A stretch of 64,000 nucleotides of DNA, from positions 5,579-69,578 of the forward strand of contig CAZBLD010000002.1 in the NCBI GenBank assembly GCA_964492875.1, written 5' to 3'. Below are positions 12,632 through 22,142 of this stretch, one piece after another. The stretch comes from an uncultured Planctomycetaceae bacterium. Its GTDB lineage: Bacteria > Planctomycetota > Phycisphaerae > Sedimentisphaerales > UBA12454. The notes below the pieces were generated by a model, which saw nothing but the letters and a program-made list of their open reading frames with translations, did not search any database and had not been told where the DNA came from. Each line of letters begins with the position of its first letter. The first letter of the stretch is position 1. Position numbers and translations under genes: made by a program.

Positions 12632-13957
12632 ATGTGTAAAGGGAAAAAGGGAACAGCGGCTTTTATGGTCATCATAGGCGTCATTTTAGTTTGGACAACA
12701 GGAGTAATGGCGAGGCTCTGTCCGCCTCAGTCAGGAAAAATGTGGCAGGCACAGTGTTGTATTACCTTTACGGGCGAGGTATTAGGAGGAACATTGATAA
12801 TGAGTGAGAATCTTGGACGTAATGTCCCGTATGTTGCGATTGAAACAAAAGCAGGCGAGCCAGTAGAAAAGGTTATAGAACGTCTAGCGAATACCATTGA
12901 AGATACAAATCCCTTTGATTGGATGATTACTCCACCCAGTGATAGGAAATTTAAAGAAAAAATTGTTACTTCATCAGGTGGCGAATTGCAGGGGTTAGTA
13001 GGTTCTTGCATCCAATATATGACTGCCGGGACGGAAGCCGGCCTTGGTATTCCGCAGCCGCCGCATTCTTTGACTGCCAACTACGACCCGAATCTAAAAA
13101 AAATAGAGCTAAAATGGGTTAATCCTCCGGGAGGCTACGATTCCATAAGAGTCAGAATTAACTGGAGTAATTATGACCATTCAGGAGGAGACAGCCTTTC
13201 TGGAAATTCCGAAAACTATGTGATCGATTTGGATAAGTTTCTGGTGAATACGAGCGACCTTGATATTCTGGTAATCGGCGTGCGCAATGATATTCCCTCG
13301 AATGCCGCGGCAATTCACGTCAACAATAACATCCAGGAAGAACTGTATGGCATTCCCTTCACCAGCGGATTAGCTCCGAACTGGCAATCTTGGATTCTGG
13401 ATGTCAATGGGGGCAAGATAAGTCCACAGATGGGTGTAAGAAATGAGCTAACTGTTGCCAAAGGTCATCGGTATAATCCTATCACAACGGCGGATAAAAA
13501 GCCGTTTTATCAAATCATCAATACCAGCAACAAAGGCGGCACAGGAGGTGTTTTTAGAAAGTTCATTGGGCTGACGCCCGGGAACACCTACAGACTTTCA
13601 GCAAGATTAAGCATCCTTAAAGCCGACACTAATGAAAAAGGCTGGTCTTATTCGCTGCATGCAACAGCCGACAAAGCCGGCATCGAAAAATTGACCGAAA
13701 ACCAGATGGCAGGTCTTGCATCTCTGCCGGATGGCAAAAGTGGCCCGCAGGCAGGCAGATTAAAAGTGCTGGATTCCACAAGCCTGACCGGCGGAAAATA
13801 TGAAGAGTGCTCTTCAGATATTACATTACCGGAGGATTCAAATTCGATTACAGTCTGGCTGCGACTGACAGGCAAAAACGCAAGCACTGTCGGCTTTGAC
13901 TGGATAAGGCTCGAAAAACTCTGCCGTAAGGCATCCCCCGGCGGAGGCATAAAATAA
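12632..13957 (+). CDS. Secreted protein with an FN3-like segment and a beta-rich C-terminal domain, function unknown
   Basis: Signal peptide; PPHSLTA...IELKWVNP FN3-like pattern. Confidence 0.7.
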   Translation: MCKGKKGTAAFMVIIGVILVWTTGVMARLCPPQSGKMWQAQCCITFTGEVLGGTLIMSENLGRNVPYVAIETKAGEPVEKVIERLANTIEDTNPFDWMITPPSDRKFKEKIVTSSGGELQGLVGSCIQYMTAGTEAGLGIPQPPHSLTANYDPNLKKIELKWVNPPGGYDSIRVRINWSNYDHSGGDSLSGNSENYVIDLDKFLVNTSDLDILVIGVRNDIPSNAAAIHVNNNIQEELYGIPFTSGLAPNWQSWILDVNGGKISPQMGVRNELTVAKGHRYNPITTADKKPFYQIINTSNKGGTGGVFRKFIGLTPGNTYRLSARLSILKADTNEKGWSYSLHATADKAGIEKLTENQMAGLASLPDGKSGPQAGRLKVLDSTSLTGGKYEECSSDITLPEDSNSITVWLRLTGKNASTVGFDWIRLEKLCRKASPGGGIK

Positions 13958-14052
13958 AAGAGAGATTTTAGAACTATCAAACGTTGCGGCACAGACCCGA
14001 CTGTATGGTTCTATCCGAGCGCTGATTATGATTATGTGGCACAGATTTTCTC

Positions 14053-15255
14053 TTAAAGTCTGACAATTTCTGTCGGCCCTGTAAGTTTGTACTTGACGCC
14101 TCGCCAGTTTATCGTCCTGCCGAACGATGAAGAAATAATGCAGATAAACAAAATCAGCGACCATAACGGAGTGGCGACAATATCAGCCGTCGCCGCTATT
14201 TTCATTTTTGCAGCTTCCGCCGCCAGAAGTCTGAAAATCATTTTCTGCCTCAAAATAGCCCGTGTTATTTGTCCTGCAAGAAAAACAATCGCCGCCGTCA
14301 GAAAGACCTGTCGATATTCTGAACCGGTAAGGTATGAAAAAATTGCCAGTCCCGTAAAACCCCAAAGCCCCAGGACTGAAAACACGCTGCTTACAAGACC
14401 GAACCACCATGTTCCCGGCACAGTTATCCTTGTAATAACAAACTGCCTTCTTACAAACTCAAAAAGACTGCGCCAATTGGTCTGTTCAAAAGAAGCGACA
14501 AGACATCCGGGCACAAAGATGACTTTAAGTTTCGCCTTTTTGACTTCCCTCGTCAGCGTCAAATCATCGCTGACCGCATTTTGCCAGACTTTATCAATTC
14601 CAAGCCTTCGGAAGACATCGACGCGCACCGCCATTGAGCCGCCCCAGGCGCAATTGAATATTGTCGGACCGAGCAATTGAGCAACCTTGGCATTCATCGC
14701 GGACAGCGCCAGCGTTGCGAAATTATTTTCCAGCGGCACATACCAGCGATAGCCGCTCGCCACGCCGTGTTTGGCCTTTCGCAGTGGATAAACAAGAAAG
14801 CTTAGCCAGTCTTTGCGGACGCAGGCATCAGAATCAGCAAATGCAAAAACCTCAACATCTTTTTCAGCGTCTCTGCACGCATAAAGCAGATTATGCAGCT
14901 TCTGGCTGCCTTCTGTCGCTATTCCGGCAACAAGAACTCTTGTCTTAAAAGCCTTTGAGTGGTCTTGGAACCGCTCTTTAAGACCCAGCAGTTGGTTATA
15001 AGCCGCATCTTCGCAGCTTTCGACTACGAATATCAGCTCGAAATTGTCATAATCAAGCCGGTAAAATGAACCGATATTCTCATCAAAAGCCGTGTCGATT
15101 CCCTTGCACGGCACAATCAATGCAACTCTGGGACGGTAAGAAGTATACTTTCTGGCAACCTTTTTCAGAACATATCTGTAGTGTTGAAAAATCTGATAAA
15201 CGAACAGAACCTGTATCAGAATGCAGGCTATCGCTATTATATACAAAACCGTCAT
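14053..15255 (-). CDS. Membrane glycosyltransferase, GT2/GT21 (ceramide glucosyltransferase/HpnI-like)
   Basis: N-terminal TM, LIVPCKG, DSD, SDDL, RRQ...R, C-terminal TMs; start set at ATG 15255 to avoid overlap with the upstream gene. Confidence 0.85.
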   Translation of the reverse strand: MTVLYIIAIACILIQVLFVYQIFQHYRYVLKKVARKYTSYRPRVALIVPCKGIDTAFDENIGSFYRLDYDNFELIFVVESCEDAAYNQLLGLKERFQDHSKAFKTRVLVAGIATEGSQKLHNLLYACRDAEKDVEVFAFADSDACVRKDWLSFLVYPLRKAKHGVASGYRWYVPLENNFATLALSAMNAKVAQLLGPTIFNCAWGGSMAVRVDVFRRLGIDKVWQNAVSDDLTLTREVKKAKLKVIFVPGCLVASFEQTNWRSLFEFVRRQFVITRITVPGTWWFGLVSSVFSVLGLWGFTGLAIFSYLTGSEYRQVFLTAAIVFLAGQITRAILRQKMIFRLLAAEAAKMKIAATADIVATPLWSLILFICIISSSFGRTINWRGVKYKLTGPTEIVRL

Positions 15256-15268
15256 ATCTGCCGAGCCT

Positions 15269-16117
15269 TTAGCCAATACTTGCAAGCGGCACAAGAGAGC
15301 CCGTTAATTTTTCTATCGTGTATTGAGAACTCAGGTCAATATGCAGCAGGTGGCCGTGATTGTGCTGTGAGTCTATTATAATCAGATTTTCATTATTACT
15401 CATCCATCCTGTTTCCTGAATCTGATGGCCAAGCACAAATAAATCGACGTCGAGTTGTTGCGCAAGAAACGCAAGGCTTTTGTTGCTTTGTCCTCTGCCC
15501 CAGGTAAGCAGATACGCCGAATTGGGTTTCACTATATCGCTGATTTTTAATTTCCTGTGAAAAATTGAAAAATCAAACTTATTAATCATCCTGTCGGAAG
15601 GCAGCGAATGTGAAATCCATATCCGGTTGGGACATCTGACTGCCAGAGGCTGCGAAAAAAGAAATCTTTCTATCGCACTTTCCACCTCCTTTGTCCGGCT
15701 GCCGAAACGTCTCTGCATCGCTGCACGCATCGCAGCATTCATCTCTTTCCCGCCCTTCATAACATCGCTGTTGTTTATAAAAGCGGTATCATGATTTGCG
15801 AGGATGAAATGTATCCTGCCGGGGTAATCTATCTTGAGCTTTGCGGCATCGGCCAATAGTTCAAATGATAAACACCCCCCTTTCTCATCTTCCGGTCCGC
15901 CGTGAATTAACTCCTGCAAAATAAGATGTCTGTCTGGATTTTTATCCAGTGCGGCATAAGTTATTATTCGTTCGAAATTGCGCCGATGGCCGTGGATATC
16001 GCCGGCAATAACCGTATCGCCCTTGTCCGGCATAACTATCAGATTATGCTGTCTGAAACAGTCGCTTTCATTGGCTTTGATGCCGGCCTGCAGCAGTTCT
16101 ATAAAGTCCTTTGTCAT
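15269..16117 (-). CDS. Calcineurin-like metallophosphoesterase with atypical motifs
   Basis: GDIHG, QELIHGG (in place of GDxxDRG), ANHD, SHS, GHQ. Confidence 0.8.
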   Translation of the reverse strand: MTKDFIELLQAGIKANESDCFRQHNLIVMPDKGDTVIAGDIHGHRRNFERIITYAALDKNPDRHLILQELIHGGPEDEKGGCLSFELLADAAKLKIDYPGRIHFILANHDTAFINNSDVMKGGKEMNAAMRAAMQRRFGSRTKEVESAIERFLFSQPLAVRCPNRIWISHSLPSDRMINKFDFSIFHRKLKISDIVKPNSAYLLTWGRGQSNKSLAFLAQQLDVDLFVLGHQIQETGWMSNNENLIIIDSQHNHGHLLHIDLSSQYTIEKLTGSLVPLASIG

Positions 16118-16959
16118 TACTGACTTCTTAGTTTTTTGGCGAAAATACTATGAATCAGAAGGTCAAGTCTTGAAATCACCTCGGCCATTGAATCAGGACG
16201 ATTTTCAGGCTCCTGGTTCACACAATCCATAACAAGATTTGAAACGCCCATTGGTATCTTGCGGTGGACCTGATGGGGAGCCGCAAACCGGCGCTGACTG
16301 AGCATCGCTGAAATATCATTCGACTGCGGTATCAGTGTCGGAACATTTTTGCCGGTAAGCGCCCAGTACATCGTCGCTCCGAGATTAAAGACATCCGTCC
16401 GCTGGTCGAGATGCCTTCTTTTAACCTGCTCCGGCGCAATGTAATCAGGCGTACCCTGAATCCTCGGCTTTACCGTGCCGATTTTGCAGCCTTGACCAAG
16501 GTCGATTATCCGCAGAGCACCGGATTCGTTTATCAGAATGTTATTCGGCTTGATATCACAATGTATATAACCCTGCTGATGCATCGTATTAAGGCCGTCG
16601 GCAACCATACGAAACACCAGCAGCACATCGCCGAGACTTAGGCTTTTGGACTTTTCAAGGGTCTCACCTTCAAACATCTCCATAGAAAGCAATAACTCCT
16701 TGACCTTGAGCATCTTACGGACTTTAATCAGCTTATTACACCTCCGCAGATACGGGTGCCGGACTATCCTTGAAACTTTGTATTCATTTATTATCTGCTC
16801 GAATATTCGGTGGTCTTCCGACTTTTCATAGATGGAACGTTTAAGAGCGACCGTACTGCCGGTTTCCTCATCGAGCGCAAGGTAAATCACGCTTCGGGCG
16901 CCTGTGCCGAGCTTTTTAATTATTGTAAAACCACTCAATTCGAGCCTGTCAGCCGCCAT
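16117..16959 (-). CDS. Hanks-type Ser/Thr protein kinase, catalytic domain only
   Basis: LGTGARSVIY, VALK, HCDIKPNN, DLG, GTPDYIAPEQ. Confidence 0.95.
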   Translation of the reverse strand: MAADRLELSGFTIIKKLGTGARSVIYLALDEETGSTVALKRSIYEKSEDHRIFEQIINEYKVSRIVRHPYLRRCNKLIKVRKMLKVKELLLSMEMFEGETLEKSKSLSLGDVLLVFRMVADGLNTMHQQGYIHCDIKPNNILINESGALRIIDLGQGCKIGTVKPRIQGTPDYIAPEQVKRRHLDQRTDVFNLGATMYWALTGKNVPTLIPQSNDISAMLSQRRFAAPHQVHRKIPMGVSNLVMDCVNQEPENRPDSMAEVISRLDLLIHSIFAKKLRSQ

Positions 16960-17136
16960 AAACGGTTATTATAGCATTTAAAACCCATTAAACAAACTTC
17001 ACACTGCTGAATACGTATTAAGGACTCATTCAGGCTGGAAAACGGGACATAATACCTTAAATTTAACGGTTTGTCCAGTATTAGTCCCTTGACAAAACGG
17101 TAAAAATCTGGGAGATTTCTATGTTTCTAAAGCTAT

Positions 17137-17494
17137 TCCCCGATAGCTCAATTGGTAGAGCGAGCGGCTGTAAAATAATGCAGCTCCTGATGGAAACATC
17201 AGGATGAAAAACCGGGTGAATTCAGGGAAGCCTAATTCTGCTGATGCGGAGATGGTAATCCTGAGCCAAGCCTGTTCACACAGGACAAATTAACAAGTGA
17301 GCAGGAAGGTGCAGAGACTACAGGGTGAGGCGGCCTGTGCCAATAAGCTCTGATAAGCGCCCGGCACCTTACACTCGTTTATCCGCCTGTGGCGGACGCA
17401 GGCGAAGGGTATGGTGATGAGATAGTCCGGTCTTCAGGGAAACCTGAAGGAAGCTGTAACCGCTAGGTCGTAGGTTCGAGCCCTACTCGGGGAG
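17137..17494 (+). tRNA. tRNA-Asn(GTT), exons 17137-17171 and 17457-17494, CCA not encoded
   Basis: Joined exons give a 73-nt cloverleaf: TCCCCGA/TCGGGGA acceptor, GCTC/GAGC D stem, AGCGG-CTGTTAA-CCGCT anticodon arm, GTAGG-TTCGAGC-CCTAC T arm, G73. Confidence 0.95.
17172..17456 (+). ncRNA. Group I intron (IC3-like core), 285 nt, no ORF
   Basis: 5' exon ends in U, intron ends in G; P1 GGCUGU/GCAGCU with U-G wobble; P2 and P9 GAAA hairpins; P3 CCGGGUG/CGCCCGG; AATCCTGAGCCAA, GGTGCAGAGACTA and GATAGTCC core motifs. Confidence 0.93.
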
Positions 17495-17794
17495 ATTCGA
17501 GTTCGTCTCTAACCGTTGATATAATTCTGCCAAATATTCTTCACGACTGCAAGAAAAAGGAGCTTTGAATCCAGCTGCCCCGCCCGATTAAAAAGAATTT
17601 AAGAAAAGAGCTACTATAAAGGCAGCTTTTTTTTTGCTAAAAACTCCCCAGTCCACACACTCAACGCATATGCGTTAATTAGGTATTGGCCGGGTAATTT
17701 CCAGAATACTCAAAAAAACCGGCAGAAAAGCTTGTCAATGTCGACAATAACCATATAATTTAATCAGCTTTTAAGATTAAAAAAGGAGTTTATA

Positions 17795-20062
17795 ATGAAA
17801 GCAAAAATTAGTCTTATTACCTTTCTTATCGTTTCAGCAAGTCTATCTCTCATAGTATCAGCTGCCTTGGCAGAAGGTATTTTCAGCGACTGGGCTTATG
17901 CAACCAACGACGGAAATGTGCCTGTGATTCTACATGTAAAAACCGGTGAAAACAAATATACAGAAATACAGCTTGAGCCTGGCAAGGGCATAGTCTTGCC
18001 GGCCGGCTCACAGGAGGTTACTGCATTTCCACTCAAGGGTCGGTTAGCAGAAGGAGAACAAATGAGTGTGAAAACAAACCTTTTCTCAGAGACCTTCAAT
18101 CGCCTACCGCATACTATAACTGAGCCAGGCAAAAGCATTAAGTTTCCCCGGCCTTCGATAGCAGTAACACCTGAGATACGCAAGGGTATGAAAGATGATG
18201 TGGTCTTTGCACCGGGAGCACTAGCGCCGGTAGAAGAAGTACGAGAAGAGACAAAAGAAGAGATAAAAGAAGAGGCAAAAAAAGAAGCTCCGATTGACGA
18301 CAAGGAATTTCTGCATGAACAAAACAAAATGTATATGGAAAAGAAACAACGGCTGGAAGAGATAGACCCCGACAGCGCCGAAGCCGGAGTAATCAGTGGG
18401 GCATTGAAAATCTGGGAAAAAGATATCGATAGAATGACAAAAGAGGCGGAAGATAAATATGGACCAGACTGGAGAGAGCAATACCGTGACTCAAACGGGA
18501 AATTACCAGGCGGCTTTATAGAAGATGATAAATCAAAACTTATTAAGCTAAAAGAAAGGCGCAAGGAGCAGCAAGGCAAAGTCGACGGGTTAAAATCAGA
18601 GTTCGAAGAGCTTAAGAAACGGTTGCAACCCGTTGAGCCCAGATGGGAAGACCGTTTAACGAAAGACCAAAAGAAATTTAGAGAGAAATTTATTGAAGAA
18701 CACGGCCCGTCCGATACATGGGACGAAGAGACGAGGAAGAAATACTCGGAAGGTTTTAATGGACTGACGAAGGAATCGAGAAAACAATGGGAGAAGGACA
18801 AAGCCGAGCAGGCTGAGGTCAACAGAGCTATTGGAAGAAAGATAAAAGAAATTGCTCAGGAACAGGCAGAACTGAATCTGATGGATGAAGCTATTGAACT
18901 ACAGGATAAGAAAGTCGCCGAGAAGCCCTATCTGACAGGAGCGCGGCAGGAGTCCCCGCAAGGGACAGAACCGCTGCTTCAAGCTATTGATGAGATAGAA
19001 CAGATGATAAGGTTCGTTGAGGCTGAGGAGAAGAAGCACAATGAGACGATAAAAAAAGGCCGCTTCATGAAGGGGTACTATACCGAGCTCGCTGGCATTC
19101 CTGAGTCGGAACTGGGAAGGTCAGTGTATATACTTACCGGCGAAGATGCTTGGCCTTCGGATTACCCGGAATGGTTGGCTCAAACAATACCGGGCGATAC
19201 CATCAGTGGGGAGATTTCTCCATATTGGCATATCGTTCCAAAGCTTAAGGCCTCGGTTGGCCATATTCAGGGTAATTCAGAATATTATAGAAAAAATCCG
19301 CCTGCACAGGAAATGAACTATCTACGAAAAGGTCTGTACGAGTGGCAAAAGGCCCTCGCAGAGTATCACAACGCGCTGGACAACTATTATGAAGTACTGG
19401 CCAATTTTGTAAAATATACCCGCTACTACGACAGAGTAAGACGTGATAAATTAGAGGAGATTGACAGGAAATACGCCGGAAGAGACAACGATAAATTTCA
19501 AATGGCAAAATATGATGTTGAAGTAAAGGCGGTTGAGGACTGGTGGCAAAAGTTAAAACCAGAGGAAGAACTGTATTATAACAAACTCCACTCAGGCGAA
19601 GAGGCGTATAATCGTGTCGCCAAAGCGGCAGAGGCAAAGATGTTCAATAGCCTGAGGGATGAATTTGAGAATTCCATAAATATTACCCAGAAGAACAAAG
19701 AATATATGGGGTGTGAAGAGAGACTGAATGATAAAAAGTTAGAGAAGAGCAAAAGAAAAAACTTAGAGCAGCAAAGGGACAGCCTGAAAAAACAGATTGG
19801 CGATATGATAAAGAACGAACAGAAGGCCCGCGGCGAAAACTGGAGGGATAGACTGCGAGATCCGGTTACCGGCGAGCTTCCCGGCGGCCTGATTACAGAT
19901 AAGGGACTCGATAAACTTAAAACGATGTATAATAAGCGAAAAGGTCGGATGGCTTATCAGGTCGGAGCACTTGGAATAGAAGAGGATTGGGCGAATAAGC
20001 CGCTGCCAGAGGACAAACTATATAATTTTTTAGGAGTTCCTGTAGGTAAGCTTCGGACGTGA
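17795..20062 (+). CDS. Large secreted, highly charged coiled-coil protein, function unknown
   Basis: AAGGAG RBS, signal peptide, E/K-rich, twice-repeated G-x-[DN]WR...RD...G-x-LPGG motif. Confidence 0.8.
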   Translation: MKAKISLITFLIVSASLSLIVSAALAEGIFSDWAYATNDGNVPVILHVKTGENKYTEIQLEPGKGIVLPAGSQEVTAFPLKGRLAEGEQMSVKTNLFSETFNRLPHTITEPGKSIKFPRPSIAVTPEIRKGMKDDVVFAPGALAPVEEVREETKEEIKEEAKKEAPIDDKEFLHEQNKMYMEKKQRLEEIDPDSAEAGVISGALKIWEKDIDRMTKEAEDKYGPDWREQYRDSNGKLPGGFIEDDKSKLIKLKERRKEQQGKVDGLKSEFEELKKRLQPVEPRWEDRLTKDQKKFREKFIEEHGPSDTWDEETRKKYSEGFNGLTKESRKQWEKDKAEQAEVNRAIGRKIKEIAQEQAELNLMDEAIELQDKKVAEKPYLTGARQESPQGTEPLLQAIDEIEQMIRFVEAEEKKHNETIKKGRFMKGYYTELAGIPESELGRSVYILTGEDAWPSDYPEWLAQTIPGDTISGEISPYWHIVPKLKASVGHIQGNSEYYRKNPPAQEMNYLRKGLYEWQKALAEYHNALDNYYEVLANFVKYTRYYDRVRRDKLEEIDRKYAGRDNDKFQMAKYDVEVKAVEDWWQKLKPEEELYYNKLHSGEEAYNRVAKAAEAKMFNSLRDEFENSINITQKNKEYMGCEERLNDKKLEKSKRKNLEQQRDSLKKQIGDMIKNEQKARGENWRDRLRDPVTGELPGGLITDKGLDKLKTMYNKRKGRMAYQVGALGIEEDWANKPLPEDKLYNFLGVPVGKLRT

Positions 20063-20176
20063 CCGTTATGGCAATACAGATACTATTACAAGAGATGCCG
20101 ATGGCAAAATTATCTCTGAACAGAAGAATACCGTAAGGCCTAAAGAACCTGCTGAAAAATCTGTGCGGCGGTGGAA

Positions 20177-20479
20177 TTAATAACCAGAACTTAATCCGCC
20201 TAACTGCTGCTGCAGAGTCTGCAAGGCGGATTTCGTCGCGGTATAGAGCCAGATGCTGACGGCGATAACCGCTACAGATACGATAATCTTCGTTATGAGT
20301 TTATAACGAGGATTAAACCACATAAGAGGCAGAGCAAAAGGCCCGACACACAACAAAGCAATTACAAACCAATAAGTGGAAAAATACCACTTTTTTTTGA
20401 CTCCCGCCTGCACAGCGGTTGTTGAACTCGGCTGGGTTTGCTCATCCATATCTCTGCCGCAATAAGGACACTTTACCAT
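20177..20479 (-). CDS. Zinc-ribbon (CPYC) two-TM membrane protein
   Basis: MVKCPYCGRD start behind an AGGAG RBS; two hydrophobic helices. Confidence 0.7.
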   Translation of the reverse strand: MVKCPYCGRDMDEQTQPSSTTAVQAGVKKKWYFSTYWFVIALLCVGPFALPLMWFNPRYKLITKIIVSVAVIAVSIWLYTATKSALQTLQQQLGGLSSGY

Positions 20480-20605
20480 AAGCCATTCTCCTATCACATA
20501 TATTATATATCGGGAAAAAGAGGTAAAAAGGAAAAGGAAAAAAGACCTCCTGAACAACAAAAATCACTATGGCCTAAAGCAGAAAAGACAGTTATAATTC
20601 CAAAT

Positions 20606-21643
20606 ATGGCTGAAATTAAACAACAACTCATTACTCTGGTATTAGGAAAGGTTACTGGGGAACTTACCGGTGAAGTGTTCAATCCCACAATCATCAAAAG
20701 TTCGCCTGTATATTACAAAACTGCTGTGCCGAGACAGGTTATCGTCGGGCAGGAAAACTTCACAATCGGCGGCCAAAATGTAACATTTCACCTGCGGGGA
20801 TACCAGCCCGATGTGCTTCTTATTCAAACAACAATAGACGTGGAAAACATATTTCATAAGGAGGGCAATTTTTCACTCGAAAAGCAGTCTTATGAGCACT
20901 CATACCGTATTCTCAAAGAATACGGCGGAGATTCGCTGTTCAGCGAAGAGTACTCGGTCTTTGCCGTTGCCAACTATCAGGGAGACCCTGACCAGTTTCT
21001 CAAACATCGGGACGTCATTGTCTCACTTCTGAAATCCGAAATTCTGGACCTTGACCCGCAGGAGGTGCAGTACACTTTAGGCAGCAGGATAAAATACGGC
21101 AATAATGACTTGTCGATAATCGACTGGGACGGCGCATTTCTTTTTGACCCCAACGGCGACATCGCAGAAGACCTCGAGCTGCTGACGCTTGCGAATCTGC
21201 AGCTTCTGCGACACCGCATCCTCGACCATCAGCTCGACAGCAGACTTGCAAGAATGGTCGAACTGGTGCACAACATTCCGGTTGGTACAAGATACCTGCG
21301 GGACAAAGAGCTGGCTCAAAGAATGAAAGAGACTATGGAAATACGAATGGTCTCCATTTCGGAGCTACAGCGGCTGGAACGCGATATAAAACTCATCGGC
21401 GACTGGTACTCAGCAAGATTTTATGAGCTGGCTACGGCAAAATTCAAAATAGACGAATGGAGAAGAACCATCCGCAGCAAGCTCGAATCGCTGGAAGATG
21501 CCTATTCATTAGTCATAGGCAACTTCACGGTCTCTACAAAATACCGCGCAGAGTGGGCGCAAATTATCGCTTTCTTTATTCTACAAATCGGCTGGTTTGT
21601 CCTGCTTGTCATCGAACTTCTGCGCTTTATGAGAAAATCGTGA
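20606..21643 (+). CDS. RMD1/DUF155-like protein
   Basis: IIDWDGAFLFD, LANLQLL, DWYSARFY...W...KL, C-terminal TM; start moved to ATG 20606. Confidence 0.65.
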   Translation: MAEIKQQLITLVLGKVTGELTGEVFNPTIIKSSPVYYKTAVPRQVIVGQENFTIGGQNVTFHLRGYQPDVLLIQTTIDVENIFHKEGNFSLEKQSYEHSYRILKEYGGDSLFSEEYSVFAVANYQGDPDQFLKHRDVIVSLLKSEILDLDPQEVQYTLGSRIKYGNNDLSIIDWDGAFLFDPNGDIAEDLELLTLANLQLLRHRILDHQLDSRLARMVELVHNIPVGTRYLRDKELAQRMKETMEIRMVSISELQRLERDIKLIGDWYSARFYELATAKFKIDEWRRTIRSKLESLEDAYSLVIGNFTVSTKYRAEWAQIIAFFILQIGWFVLLVIELLRFMRKS

Positions 21644-21763
21644 TAACAGGAAAATATCGAGAACTCGCCTGCCCACAGACCATAAGCCCCATTCACTCAT
21701 AACAAGCATAGAACAACACCGCCTTGTTATGATATTATAAACCTAACATGGTATGAAACAAAT

Positions 21764-21797
21764 ATTTGCCCGGGCATTAAACAAAACCCGGGCAAAT
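21764..21797. terminator. Probable bidirectional terminator between convergent genes
   Basis: atttgcccggg/cccgggcaaat inverted repeat followed by a T-rich tract. Confidence 0.55.
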
Positions 21798-21815
21798 TTA
21801 TAACTGTTTTTTTTG

Positions 21816-22142
21816 TTAGTAACGACTTCCGCCGCTACGACCTCTGCCGCCGCCGCCGCCGAAACCGCCCCTGCGGGGACCTCTGCCGCCGCCTCTGCTG
21901 CCGCGATCATGAGCTTCATTGACCTTGATCGTCCTGCCGCTCAGGTCTTTATCGTTCAATTCCTGAATGGCTGCAAGGGCCTCGTCCTTCGACGGCATCT
22001 CGATAAAACCGAATCCTCTCGATTCGCCGCTGAACTTATCCTTTATAATGCTTACAGACCCCACTTGGCCATAAGCCTCAAAAGTCTGCCGCAACTGCTC
22101 TTCCGTCACCTCTCTTGCCAAATTTCCTACATAAATATTCAT
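21816..22142 (-). CDS. RRM RNA-binding protein with a Gly/Arg-rich tail
   Basis: MNIYVGNL (RNP2), SRGFGFIEM (RNP1), RGG tail. Confidence 0.93.
   Translation of the reverse strand: MNIYVGNLAREVTEEQLRQTFEAYGQVGSVSIIKDKFSGESRGFGFIEMPSKDEALAAIQELNDKDLSGRTIKVNEAHDRGSRGGGRGPRRGGFGGGGGRGRSGGSRY

Noticed and set aside
14087-14680. 197-aa ORF antisense to the glycosyltransferase, and similar long shadow ORFs (17896-18822, 54294-55139, 55623-56288)
   Set aside because: They lie opposite well-supported genes and show no motifs; most likely codon-bias shadows
17683-17695. 13-bp match gtattggccgggt shared with the leader of the RRM gene (22185-22197)
   Set aside because: Matches of this length are expected many times by chance in 64 kb
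17495-20100. Integrative element at tRNA-Asn
   Set aside because: No duplicated tRNA 3' end and no integrase found in the window
20193-20232. aatccgcct/aggcggatt inverted repeat in a gene 3' end
   Set aside because: The interior does not match family A; may be chance or terminator-related
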